The notes beneath the pieces were generated by a model, which did no database searches, was not told the origin of the DNA, and worked only from the letters and a program-made list of their open reading frames with translations. The translations under genes and the position numbers were made by a program. Positions 55,006 to 64,000 of a DNA stretch of 64,000 nt are shown piece after piece (within the stretch, counting starts at the first letter, position 1; each line of letters starts with the position of its first letter). Location of the stretch: positions 107,316 through 171,315 of the forward strand of contig CAWHED010000006.1 in the NCBI GenBank assembly GCA_963828395.1, given 5' to 3'. The DNA comes from an uncultured Bacteroidales bacterium (GTDB lineage Bacteria > Bacteroidota > Bacteroidia > Bacteroidales > VadinHA17).

Positions 55006-58000
55006 TAAAAGGATTTCGGATCTGGAACAACATAACGGGATGGGTAGTATTTGGCGTTTCGCTATTGGTATACTTCCTGACCATTGAACCGACAGTCTCC
55101 TTCTGGGACTGCGGAGAGTTCATTTTGTGTTCATACCGTCTTGAGGTGGGCCATCCTCCCGGCGCTCCCTTGTTTCTGCTCCTGGGCCGGTTCTTCACTT
55201 TGTTTGCAGGATCAGACACATCAAAAGTGGCTATGATGGTGAACATTATGTCTGCTTTCGCCAGCGCCTTTACCATCCTTTTCCTCTTCTGGAGCATAAC
55301 ACGACTAATCCGCCTTGCAACCGGTGATGATGAAAACATATCGGGCGGAAGAGCAATAGCTGTCATTGCATCCGGGGTGACAGGAGCCCTTGCCTATGCG
55401 TTCTCTGACACATTCTGGTTCTCAGCTGTAGAGGGCGAAGTGTACGGTACCAGCTCACTCTTCACTGCAGCCGTTTTCTGGGCTATGCTCAGATGGTATG
55501 ACGAAGCCGATGAACCGCATGCAAACAGATGGATAATACTTATTGCCTACCTGATGGGACTTTCAATCGGGGTGCACCTGCTCAACCTTCTTACGCTTCC
55601 CGTGCTTGTGCTGATTTACTATTTCAGGAAATACAAGGCAACGGGAAAAGGAGCCGTATGGGCCGTTTTTTCGGGATTTGCCATGCTCGGGGTGCTGAAC
55701 TTTATTTTCATTCCGGGAGTGGCAAAGGTAGCCGGGTGGTTTGAACTGCTTTTCGTAAACAAATTGGGCCTTCCGTATAATTCCGGCCTGTATTTCTACC
55801 TTTTCGTGCTTGCAGGTCTGGTCGTATTCGGGATCTGGTATTCTATCAGGAAGGAAAAGATCATCCTGAATTATGTCATGACTGTGGTCGCAGTACTGAT
55901 CCTTGGTTATTCCTCCTTTGCCCTGATAATTATAAGGGCCAATGCTCACCCCCCTATGGACCAGAATGATCCATCTGATGTCTTCTCGTTTATTTATTAT
56001 ATCAACAGGACTCAATACGGCCGCACTCCCCTGGTTTACGGACCGTATTATTCAGCCCCTCCTGTAAGTGTGGAAAACAAAATCTCGGGATATAATAAAA
56101 AGGATGGTAAGTATGTGCCTTATTACTTTCCTGATTATAAATATGATAAGCGGTTCATGACAGTATTCCCCAGGATGTACAGCACTGACCCTGAACATAT
56201 AAGACAGTATGAATACTGGGGCCGTATCAGGGGGAAAAAGGTTACTGTAAGGTCGGGCGGTCAGGGTGAACAGCTTACTCTCCCTTCTTTCGGTGAAAAT
56301 CTTCGCTTTTTCTTCAGGTACCAGGTAGGCGTGATGTACCTGCGATACTTCATGTGGGACTTTGCCGGCCGGCAAAATGACGTGCAGGGCAACGGCAACG
56401 TTATGGACGGCAACTGGATATCAGGAATCCCCTTCGTTGACAATAACAGGCTTGGAGACCAATCGCTGTTGCCTCATGATTACCTGAACAACCCTGCCCG
56501 GAACAAATATTTCTTACTGCCGCTGCTGATCGGGCTGGCTGGACTTGTATGGCATTATATGCGTCACAGAAAGGGATTTTCTCTTGTTATGCTCTTTTTC
56601 ATCATGACAGGACTGGCGATTGTGGTTTACCTGAATCAGTACCCCAGCCAGCCGAGAGAGCGCGATTATGCCTATGCAGGCTCTTTTTATGCTTTTGCAA
56701 TATGGATAGGAATGGGTGTAATGCTGCTTTTTGAACTGCTCAGGAAATTTCTGGGTGAACGGCCTGCCGCCCTCATCCCTGCTCTGGTGACACTGGCAGC
56801 AGTCCCTCTGCTGATGATAGTGCAGAATTATGATGATCACGATCGTTCAGACAGGTATACGGCAAGGGATATTGCCTCGAATTACCTGAGTTCCTGTGAT
56901 GAAAACGCCGTTCTTCTCACTTATGGGGACAATGATTCATTTCCCCTGTGGTATATCCAGGATGTTGAGGATTTCCGTACCGATGTACGAGTGGCAAATC
57001 TCAGTTATCTGCAGAGCGGTTTTTATATAGAAACAATGAGTCGCAAGGCTTTTAAATCCGATCCGCTGCCTTTCACTTTACCCATTGAAAAATATATAGA
57101 GGGTGAGCGCGTGCAGCTGCCTGTGGAGGACCTGGTTAAAGAACCCACAGACATAAGAAAGGTGGTCGAGTTTGCAGGGTCCGATGATCCGAAGGCAAAA
57201 GTTGATCTGTCAGGACGCGGTGATTTTTATAATTTCATTCCGGTCAGGCAATTTGTTGTAGATGTTGATTCTGCCCACGTACTTGGTACAGGAGCCGTAA
57301 GACCATATCACGCTGACAGGATGCTGACACCAATGATTTGGAAATTCAAAGGATCGATGGCAATGAAGGATGACCTGGCCGTTATGGATTTTATGGCAGG
57401 GAATAACTGGGAACGACCGCTCTACTACGCCGTTACTGTCCCGGGTTCAACTTACATCGGTCTTGAAGACTACTTTATTCTTGAAGGAATGGCTTACAGG
57501 GTAAGTCCTGTGACCATTGATAAACCTGCTCCCGGAGAGATTGGTATGGTTGATACGGAAGTGATGTATGAGAACATGATGAACCGTTTCAAATGGGGTA
57601 ATGCAGACAAGAAAGGGGTCTATCTTGATGAGAACACCCGCAGAATTTTTGATGCCTTCAGACGCCAGTTCGGACGCCTTTCCAAAGCCCTGGCCCTTGA
57701 AGGCGATACTGTCAGGGCTGTTGCTGCCGCTGAAAAAGGAATAAACATTGTCCCTGCTGAGAAAATGCCGTATGATTATTTCAGCTCTGACCTGGGAGAG
57801 GCGCTCGCTATGGCAGGAAAGAAAGATGAAGCCGAAAAATTTCTGACAATTATATCTGATAATGCAGTGGCTATGCTGGGTTTCATTTCCTCGCTGCCGG
57901 AAAACAAGACTTATGGGCTCGATTTTAATATGGGCATATCTCTGCAGGCGTTATACGAGGTATATACCCTGGCAGACCGGTACGGGATGACTTCACTGGC

Positions 58001-58055
58001 CGTCAAAGCAACAGAGGAGCTCAACAGATTTTACGGAGAGGTGCCGGTAAAATGA
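55002..58055 (+). CDS. DUF2723 domain membrane protein (putative glycosyltransferase-C-like)
   Basis: 1017 aa. The N-terminus TIEPTVSFWDCGEFILCSYRLEVGHPPGAPLF is characteristic of DUF2723. It has about 11 TM helices and a large C-terminal soluble domain. Its start overlaps the mpg stop (ATGA). Confidence 0.8.
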   Translation: MIKGFRIWNNITGWVVFGVSLLVYFLTIEPTVSFWDCGEFILCSYRLEVGHPPGAPLFLLLGRFFTLFAGSDTSKVAMMVNIMSAFASAFTILFLFWSITRLIRLATGDDENISGGRAIAVIASGVTGALAYAFSDTFWFSAVEGEVYGTSSLFTAAVFWAMLRWYDEADEPHANRWIILIAYLMGLSIGVHLLNLLTLPVLVLIYYFRKYKATGKGAVWAVFSGFAMLGVLNFIFIPGVAKVAGWFELLFVNKLGLPYNSGLYFYLFVLAGLVVFGIWYSIRKEKIILNYVMTVVAVLILGYSSFALIIIRANAHPPMDQNDPSDVFSFIYYINRTQYGRTPLVYGPYYSAPPVSVENKISGYNKKDGKYVPYYFPDYKYDKRFMTVFPRMYSTDPEHIRQYEYWGRIRGKKVTVRSGGQGEQLTLPSFGENLRFFFRYQVGVMYLRYFMWDFAGRQNDVQGNGNVMDGNWISGIPFVDNNRLGDQSLLPHDYLNNPARNKYFLLPLLIGLAGLVWHYMRHRKGFSLVMLFFIMTGLAIVVYLNQYPSQPRERDYAYAGSFYAFAIWIGMGVMLLFELLRKFLGERPAALIPALVTLAAVPLLMIVQNYDDHDRSDRYTARDIASNYLSSCDENAVLLTYGDNDSFPLWYIQDVEDFRTDVRVANLSYLQSGFYIETMSRKAFKSDPLPFTLPIEKYIEGERVQLPVEDLVKEPTDIRKVVEFAGSDDPKAKVDLSGRGDFYNFIPVRQFVVDVDSAHVLGTGAVRPYHADRMLTPMIWKFKGSMAMKDDLAVMDFMAGNNWERPLYYAVTVPGSTYIGLEDYFILEGMAYRVSPVTIDKPAPGEIGMVDTEVMYENMMNRFKWGNADKKGVYLDENTRRIFDAFRRQFGRLSKALALEGDTVRAVAAAEKGINIVPAEKMPYDYFSSDLGEALAMAGKKDEAEKFLTIISDNAVAMLGFISSLPENKTYGLDFNMGISLQALYEVYTLADRYGMTSLAVKATEELNRFYGEVPVK

Positions 58056-58678
58056 TCAGGAAGTTCAGGAGACCATTCCCCGCTGGTATTATTTATCCTG
58101 ATGCCATATTCAGGATTACCGGTACGGGTAAAAAGCTATATCTGACATTTGATGATGGGCCCGACCCGGCTTCAACACCGCAGATACTTGATATCCTTCG
58201 TTCACATGATGTGCCTGCCACCTTCTTTTGCACCGGCAGCAAAGTACTCGGGTCGCCCGGCCTGCTGGGCCGCATAGCTTCCGGAGGCCATGCCATAGGC
58301 AATCATGGCTTCAACCACCTTAACGGACTGAAGACACCTGTCCGAACCTACTGCGCCGATGCACTGAAAGGAAGGGACGTCACTTCAAGCAACCTCTTCC
58401 GCCCGCCTTACGGAAGGTTGCGGGTAAGACAGTACAGGATTCTTGAGAGAACTATGAGAATAGTGTTCTGGGACATTATGCCGTATGATTTTGACAAAAG
58501 CATATCCCCGGAAAAGTCTTACTCAATATTGTCATACAAGTCCAGGCCGGGCTCTGTCATTGTGCTTCACGATAAACCTGACAGCCATGCTCTTGTGTAT
58601 CTTGACAGGTTTATCAGATCATCTCTGGAAAAAGGGTATGCTTTCGGCTCTCTCGATGAATATTCATTGCACAGATGA
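58052..58678 (+). CDS. polysaccharide deacetylase (CE4 family)
   Basis: LTFDDGPDP, ATFFCTG, GHAIGNHGFNH and FRPPYG motifs. Its start overlaps the DUF2723 stop (ATGA). Confidence 0.85.
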   Translation: MIRKFRRPFPAGIIYPDAIFRITGTGKKLYLTFDDGPDPASTPQILDILRSHDVPATFFCTGSKVLGSPGLLGRIASGGHAIGNHGFNHLNGLKTPVRTYCADALKGRDVTSSNLFRPPYGRLRVRQYRILERTMRIVFWDIMPYDFDKSISPEKSYSILSYKSRPGSVIVLHDKPDSHALVYLDRFIRSSLEKGYAFGSLDEYSLHR

Positions 58679-58726
58679 GTTATTTAATCCGAAATGCTAT
58701 TTTTGAAAAAGAATGAAATCAGGACT

Positions 58727-60010
58727 ATGAATATTCTTATTCTCGGATCCGGGGGACGTGAACATGCTGTTGCCTGGAAGCTGTCCCAAAGCGGAAGACC
58801 GTTGAAGCTGTTTGCTGCACCGGGTAATCCCGGAACAGCTGCCGTCGCTGTTAACCTTCCTGTTGATCCGCTTGATTTCAATGCCGTAAAGACAGCCGTC
58901 ATCTCCAATAAAATTGAAATGGTGATTGTCGGCCCGGAGACACCTCTCGTTGAAGGCATTTCTGATTTTTTTGAAGCCGACCCTAGACTCTCATCCGTTC
59001 ATGTAATAGGCCCGGGCAGGAAAGGAGCCATGCTGGAGGGAAGCAAGGATTTTGCCAAAGGATTTATGATGCGGCACGGAATACCCACCGCAGCCTACGA
59101 AACTTTTACTGCAGACCGTACCGGGGAGGCGGCGGCGTTTCTCTGCAAACTTGATCCTCCCTACGTGCTAAAGGCAGACGGACTGGCAGCTGGGAAGGGA
59201 GTTCTGATAATAAATGATTACGACGAAGCGGTCAGGGAACTTAATGCCATCCTGGGAGGCCGTTTTGGCGCTGCCGGGAATAAGGTGGTGATAGAACAGT
59301 ACCTGTCCGGCATTGAATTGTCGGCTTTCGTCATAACAGACGGCGTCTCCTATAAGATACTCCCTGAAGCAAAAGACTACAAGCGTATCGGTGATGGTGA
59401 TACCGGTAAGAATACAGGTGGCATGGGTGCTGTATCGCCGGTGCCGTTCGCTACCCCATCATTCGTGAAGAAGGTGGAGGAGAAGGTCATTTTACCGACA
59501 ATATCAGGACTGAGGGAGGATGGGATTGACTATCGCGGATTTATTTTCTTCGGGTTGATGAACGTTGCAGGCGAGCCTTATGTTATTGAATATAATGCCC
59601 GACTCGGTGACCCGGAGACAGAGGTGATGATGCCGCGCATAGAGAGTGACCTGTTCGAGCTTTTTGAGGGTGTCGCCTTTCGCGATCTTAAAGACCGCAC
59701 CCTGAAAATACATGATGATACTGCCGTAACGGTAATGATGGTGTCAGGTGGTTATCCAGATGCCTATGGAAAAGGCTTCGGAATAACCGGTCTTGAAAAG
59801 GTCTCTGAGAGTGTTATTTTTCATGCAGGTACCAAACGCACGGCGGAGGGGCTTGTCACATCCGGCGGAAGGGTGCTGGCAGTTACTTCATCCGGGGTTA
59901 CCATGACAGAAGCGCTTGAAAAGAGTTATCGCAGTGTCTCGGAAATACACTTTGAAGGAGCCCGGTACAGGAAGGATATTGGTTTTGACCTGAAATTGAT
60001 AAGAGGATGA
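58727..60010 (+). CDS. purD: phosphoribosylamine--glycine ligase
   Basis: MNILILGSGGREHAVAWKL, LKADGLAAGKGV, the EYNARLGDPETEV region and TSGGRVLAV. The start is placed at ATG 58727. Confidence 0.95.
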   Translation: MNILILGSGGREHAVAWKLSQSGRPLKLFAAPGNPGTAAVAVNLPVDPLDFNAVKTAVISNKIEMVIVGPETPLVEGISDFFEADPRLSSVHVIGPGRKGAMLEGSKDFAKGFMMRHGIPTAAYETFTADRTGEAAAFLCKLDPPYVLKADGLAAGKGVLIINDYDEAVRELNAILGGRFGAAGNKVVIEQYLSGIELSAFVITDGVSYKILPEAKDYKRIGDGDTGKNTGGMGAVSPVPFATPSFVKKVEEKVILPTISGLREDGIDYRGFIFFGLMNVAGEPYVIEYNARLGDPETEVMMPRIESDLFELFEGVAFRDLKDRTLKIHDDTAVTVMMVSGGYPDAYGKGFGITGLEKVSESVIFHAGTKRTAEGLVTSGGRVLAVTSSGVTMTEALEKSYRSVSEIHFEGARYRKDIGFDLKLIRG

Positions 60011-60993
60011 TCAGACTTTTCAGGGGTACAGGTATCGGCCCGTTGCTGGTGATGATACTCATCGCAGTAGCATTATGGTTTCAGTATTTTATAAATCCGC
60101 CGCAGGTGATGCTCCCGCCGGGCGGAGATGCAATGCCCTTATGGGGTTTGATATTTGAACCCCTGTCCCGCGTGCCCCTTCTGGCCGTTATCCTTTCATT
60201 TGTGCTGATGGTGATAATGGTCGTTGTGATGATCAGGTTCAATACCACCCTCTTCTTTATTCCAAGGAGAACTTATTTTCCCGCACTCTTTTTTATTTTG
60301 TATTATTCAGCTTTACCGGATGTGATGATCCTCAATCCTGCCTTACCGGCAGCACTTCTGATCATGTTGGGAATTTGGCGCATGATGGACGCCTACAGAG
60401 TGAACGGCATGGCATTTAATTTTTTCGATGCAGCCCTGCTCATCTCTTCCGCAGGAATGTTCTACGCCGGATCATTATGGTTTGTGTTGCTGGTGCTGAC
60501 AGGCGCACTGATACTCAGATCTCCCGATTTTCGTGAAATCACCATTACTGTAGCGGGAGCCCTGCTGCCATGGATTATTCTTTATGCTGTCTGGTATCTT
60601 ACGGGAGGCAGCCTGTCAGACCTTTCAGAAATTATCAGGCATAACCTGTTTGACAAGATGCCACCGGTATCCTGGAGCCGGGCTCTGATAATCCTTTTTA
60701 TTGTGATTGCCGTTGGTTTCCTTCCCGCATTGTTGTCACTCATCAAAGAAATGCCCACACTGAAGATAAAGTCAAGAAAGACATTTGAACTGTTTCTATG
60801 GATGATGTTGGTCTGTGGTGCAACCTATGCTTTTGCACCTTCGGTATCGGCAGAGATGAACGCGATAACAGCAATACCTGTTTCGTTTATCATGGCTAAT
60901 TACTTCGCCTTCACACGTCGTCTGGTGATAACGGAGATACTGTTCTGGCTTGTGGCTATAATGATTGTTGTTGCACGTCTGTGGACAAACTGA
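60007..60993 (+). CDS. hypothetical polytopic membrane protein
   Basis: 328 aa with about 8 hydrophobic helices and no catalytic motif I recognise. Its start overlaps the purD stop (ATGA). Confidence 0.6.
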   Translation: MIRLFRGTGIGPLLVMILIAVALWFQYFINPPQVMLPPGGDAMPLWGLIFEPLSRVPLLAVILSFVLMVIMVVVMIRFNTTLFFIPRRTYFPALFFILYYSALPDVMILNPALPAALLIMLGIWRMMDAYRVNGMAFNFFDAALLISSAGMFYAGSLWFVLLVLTGALILRSPDFREITITVAGALLPWIILYAVWYLTGGSLSDLSEIIRHNLFDKMPPVSWSRALIILFIVIAVGFLPALLSLIKEMPTLKIKSRKTFELFLWMMLVCGATYAFAPSVSAEMNAITAIPVSFIMANYFAFTRRLVITEILFWLVAIMIVVARLWTN

Positions 60994-61434
60994 TCATTTA
61001 ATCATCGAGACCACGCCGACACCCGATCCCTGCTCCCCGTTCTTAAACCCGTACCACAGGGTATAGAGGCCGGTCTTGTTGCAAATGAAATCGACCGAAT
61101 TGTATTGTTTGCCAGTGCTCTTGTTGAATGAAGAGATAAGCTCTTTCCCCTGGTCATAAATAGTGATAACAAGCTCTCCTTTTGATATCGGGGCGGCACA
61201 GACAGAAAATCTGTACTTCATATTTTTCATCAGGTACATATTCGCCTTATAGACTGGCGTTGCATCATTGGATACAGCTTTTGGCAACTGTACACGGAAG
61301 TCTTTCAGATAGGTAGTGTTTTCGCCTGCTGCAAGGACACATGTACTGACAAGATCATCCGTTGCGGCCTGTCCATTCATAAAGGGAGATAAAAGGACCA
61401 GTACGAGGGACATTATGACGGATCTGCATTTCAT
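60994..61434 (-). CDS. hypothetical secreted protein
   Basis: 146 aa with a signal peptide (VLVLLSPFMNGQA) and a beta-rich composition. Its start overlaps the stop of the upstream gene (ATGA). Confidence 0.55.
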   Translation of the reverse strand: MKCRSVIMSLVLVLLSPFMNGQAATDDLVSTCVLAAGENTTYLKDFRVQLPKAVSNDATPVYKANMYLMKNMKYRFSVCAAPISKGELVITIYDQGKELISSFNKSTGKQYNSVDFICNKTGLYTLWYGFKNGEQGSGVGVVSMIK

Positions 61435-62351
61435 AATTTACCTGAGATTAATTTGTTTCTGACATCTTTGGAGAGATCAGCTATTTTCATCAGCTGTTCA
61501 TCAGTCATCTCAACCATGCTTTCCTCATGCTGTATCATAATAAGACGGCCGTCCTCCTCTATCGTCTCCGGCTCTCCGAGCCTGTATGTGATCCGCACAT
61601 CGCGGTATGAGGTGCTGATCTGTTCCATCATATAATACAGTGCGGAGTACTCAGCGGTGCTCTCCCTGTATGGGCGAAGCAGCATGAGAAGATCTCCCAG
61701 GATGATCTTTTGTTCCCCTATACGGTCCCTGAGAATCCTATCCGGATGATCTGACACAACCTGTGTTGCCAGGTACTGTCCTTCAACCCATACCCCTGCG
61801 ATCATCAGGGCAGATATTGAACCCCTTTCGTTCTCCCTCAGGTACTGGTCTATCTGGTTGTAGGAGTTGACTGACAGGAAGAGAAGTGAGTCAAGATCGG
61901 ATTTGTTGACGGAAAGTCTTTTAAGTGTCTCGAAATCAAAATATTGACCTACGCGGAGCCCATCGGCAAGCCGCTTGATGGTTGACAATACATCAACTGA
62001 ATTACCTGTTTTTTCGTACATATTCAGGTATCCGAGATCAGCGCCGTATATCCCCAGCATGATGGCCTTCTGGAAATTTGTAGTCAGCCTGTCTGCTTCC
62101 AGTGTGGTGGCAAGATGGTCTGCTGAGAAGGGCACATTCAGTGCCTGGAGAATGGCGGCGATCTCAACGGGTGATGCAATATTCTGTACTATATCGGCAA
62201 TGGCTTCCTCACTAAGTTTTTCAGACTCACCTGCCGGTACCGAATCGTCAACGGGAAAATTGAGGGTTCCCTGCCTTGTTCCAATGTTTCTGCATGAGCA
62301 GATACATATCAGCAGGATCACTGCAACCAGCTTAGAAATAGTTCCTGTCAT
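61431..62351 (-). CDS. hypothetical lipoprotein
   Basis: 306 aa with a signal peptide and Cys (LLICICSC), predominantly helical composition, and no recognised family. Confidence 0.55.
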   Translation of the reverse strand: MTGTISKLVAVILLICICSCRNIGTRQGTLNFPVDDSVPAGESEKLSEEAIADIVQNIASPVEIAAILQALNVPFSADHLATTLEADRLTTNFQKAIMLGIYGADLGYLNMYEKTGNSVDVLSTIKRLADGLRVGQYFDFETLKRLSVNKSDLDSLLFLSVNSYNQIDQYLRENERGSISALMIAGVWVEGQYLATQVVSDHPDRILRDRIGEQKIILGDLLMLLRPYRESTAEYSALYYMMEQISTSYRDVRITYRLGEPETIEEDGRLIMIQHEESMVEMTDEQLMKIADLSKDVRNKLISGKL

Positions 62352-62407
62352 CAGGTGAAAATGTTATTATACAAATGTAAGAAAAATGGTCATTCCAAGC
62401 CTCCGGG

Positions 62408-64000
62408 TCATTCTTTTTGAAGCCTGAGGCTTTCGAAAAAGGAAATAATCCGTTTCAGCACTTCATAGTAGAGAAGTATATAAAGAACAAGGGTGAAGAA
62501 AAGAACCAGCACGATGTTGAAAGTGTAGGTATCTGTTTTCAGTCCCATAAAAGTTTTTACAGGCGCCATGAAGTGTGTCCGGAACTTAAAGGGACTGTCA
62601 GCGACAGGCTCGAGATAAATAAGGTCAACATTCTGAATAAGCTGGTCCTTGTACACCAGCATCTTGTTTTTCTCGTAAATTTTCCTGACTATCTCTTCAA
62701 GCTTGTCATTGTGATAATCGTCATACATTATGTCAAGCGCTTCCTTGTTATTACTGACATAGTTGTCAAGTTTCATATCAGCCGCATTGCTTAGCCTCCT
62801 GTATTCTTTATCAGCGGAGCTGAGCCAGGCAGAAGCCCTGCTGCCAAGCTCCACGGTAAAAAGCTCAGGTGTCAGAGAGTCCACTCCCGTGAACGGACTG
62901 ATAATACCTGCCGATGAAATTGTACCAATCTCGTTACTGATAAGCTGCAGCTGATTATCTCCGGGTTCGACCCTGCCCTCCCACTGGATCCTGCCCATGG
63001 TAATTTCAAGCGCATCCTTGATTTTCGGAATACGGTAAACGGTATTGAAGTCGGAAATGCTCATCTGCTGCTTGAGTCTGTAGACTCTTTTGCTGTACTC
63101 GTTACCAGTGAACTGCTTTACCATAAGCGCCTCGTAAGTCCAGCGGGTAGGCATTATCTCAGCAATAAGGGGGACTCTGTCTACGCTGCCGATCTGTCTG
63201 TTCAGCTTGTCGAACGGGAACATTGCACCGCTGAGGATCATCATGGGAATCATTAGCAGCGGGATAACTATATATATAGTAATGGCTGAGTTGAAAGCTG
63301 ATGAAATATTCAGGCCTATCATGTTTGCGCAGAAGGCGGTAGCGAACAGTGCCAGCCAATACTGGAAGAATAATCCTTTTATCCCGAGAATGGGGTTGGC
63401 AATGATGAGGAAAAGAAATGCCTGCAATGACGAAATTACTATAAGTACTGCTATCTTGCTTACCAGGTAGCTGCTGTGGCTGAGATGAAGAAAATGTTCC
63501 CGCTTTAGCATCTTCCTGTCCTTGAAGATCTCTTCGGCGCTTATTGTCAGGCCGAGGAAAAGAGCCACAATAATGCTCATAAAAATGTAAATCGGGATAT
63601 TCTCGTTTTCCCTGAAAATATAATTATCTGATGACGGGTCTGCAATATATCTTATTATATATGAGAGGATAAGGCCGAGGATAGGACCTTCGAGCAGTGT
63701 CAGCAAAAGATACTGTTTGTTTGCCAGCTTGCTTTTAAGGTCACGTGACAGGAAGATGATCATCTGGCGCCACCATCCGGGTCTGTCAAGGGTGGAATGC
63801 GGAGTGGAAGTCACCTCCTGGGGCTGGGATACCGGGCTGACTCGCCGGAAAGCCTGTGCCCACTCAACAGGGGAGACCCTTCTTTTATCGGTGTAACGCC
63901 CGTACTCATCAATAACCCTTGTCTCGAGGATATTAAAGAGGGTTTCGGGATTGACATTTCCGCATTCGGAGCATTCACCCACCACGCTGTTTATCTGGGC
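62408..64000 (-). CDS. ABC-2/ABCG-type transporter permease region, partial (N-terminus beyond window end)
   Basis: The reading frame is open through base 64000 (..AQINSVVGECSECGNV..). A linker is followed by six TM helices. An insertion of about 220 aa after TM5 is predicted extracytoplasmic. The expected ATPase domain would lie upstream, outside the window. Confidence 0.6.
   Translation of the reverse strand, partial: AQINSVVGECSECGNVNPETLFNILETRVIDEYGRYTDKRRVSPVEWAQAFRRVSPVSQPQEVTSTPHSTLDRPGWWRQMIIFLSRDLKSKLANKQYLLLTLLEGPILGLILSYIIRYIADPSSDNYIFRENENIPIYIFMSIIVALFLGLTISAEEIFKDRKMLKREHFLHLSHSSYLVSKIAVLIVISSLQAFLFLIIANPILGIKGLFFQYWLALFATAFCANMIGLNISSAFNSAITIYIVIPLLMIPMMILSGAMFPFDKLNRQIGSVDRVPLIAEIMPTRWTYEALMVKQFTGNEYSKRVYRLKQQMSISDFNTVYRIPKIKDALEITMGRIQWEGRVEPGDNQLQLISNEIGTISSAGIISPFTGVDSLTPELFTVELGSRASAWLSSADKEYRRLSNAADMKLDNYVSNNKEALDIMYDDYHNDKLEEIVRKIYEKNKMLVYKDQLIQNVDLIYLEPVADSPFKFRTHFMAPVKTFMGLKTDTYTFNIVLVLFFTLVLYILLYYEVLKRIISFFESLRLQKE

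Noticed and set aside
1-64000. Defence island, prophage, retron/DGR or toxin-antitoxin content
   Set aside because: I found no reverse transcriptase, nuclease/helicase defence architecture, integrase, small paired TA-like ORFs or compositional break. Gene content is core metabolic, translational and envelope throughout.

Overview
This window reads as an ordinary chromosomal segment of a Bacteroidota genome. The evidence for that placement is a T9SS C-terminal sorting-domain cargo protein, an ECF-sigma/FecR/STN-CarboxypepD module, a DUF2723 protein, an sdh/frd CAB operon with a Bacteroidetes-type cytochrome b, and the gene orders rplM-rpsI-rpsB-tsf and pyrH-frr. I can support about 50 protein-coding genes, one tRNA-Leu(CAA) and several intrinsic terminators. 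I see no rRNA, CRISPR array, integrase, transposase, phage gene or recognisable defence gene. Most genes are housekeeping: glyQS, nadB, dusB, pepP, sdhCAB, gdhA, dxs, frr, pyrH, tsf, rpsB, rpsI, rplM, purD, mpg and envelope glycan genes. Five things deserve a second look. (1) Two large paralogous signalling proteins bracket gdhA. Each fuses receiver-like domains to a stand-alone PEP/pyruvate-binding ATP-grasp domain and an unassigned conserved C-terminal module, and one also carries four tandem sensor-like repeats. (2) A perfect 2 x 160-bp tandem repeat abuts the 5' end of tRNA-Leu and is built from sense and antisense copies of the tRNA 5' end. (3) An ECF sigma/FecR pair is flanked by two paralogous CarboxypepD_reg proteins, one with an STN domain, that are too short to be TonB-dependent transducers. 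(4) An orphan octaheme c-type cytochrome lipoprotein sits among unrelated genes. (5) A trkH gene is followed by a truncated KdpD-like kinase and a KdpE-like regulator, with no kdpFABC. All family assignments come from motif recognition by eye. No database search was run.
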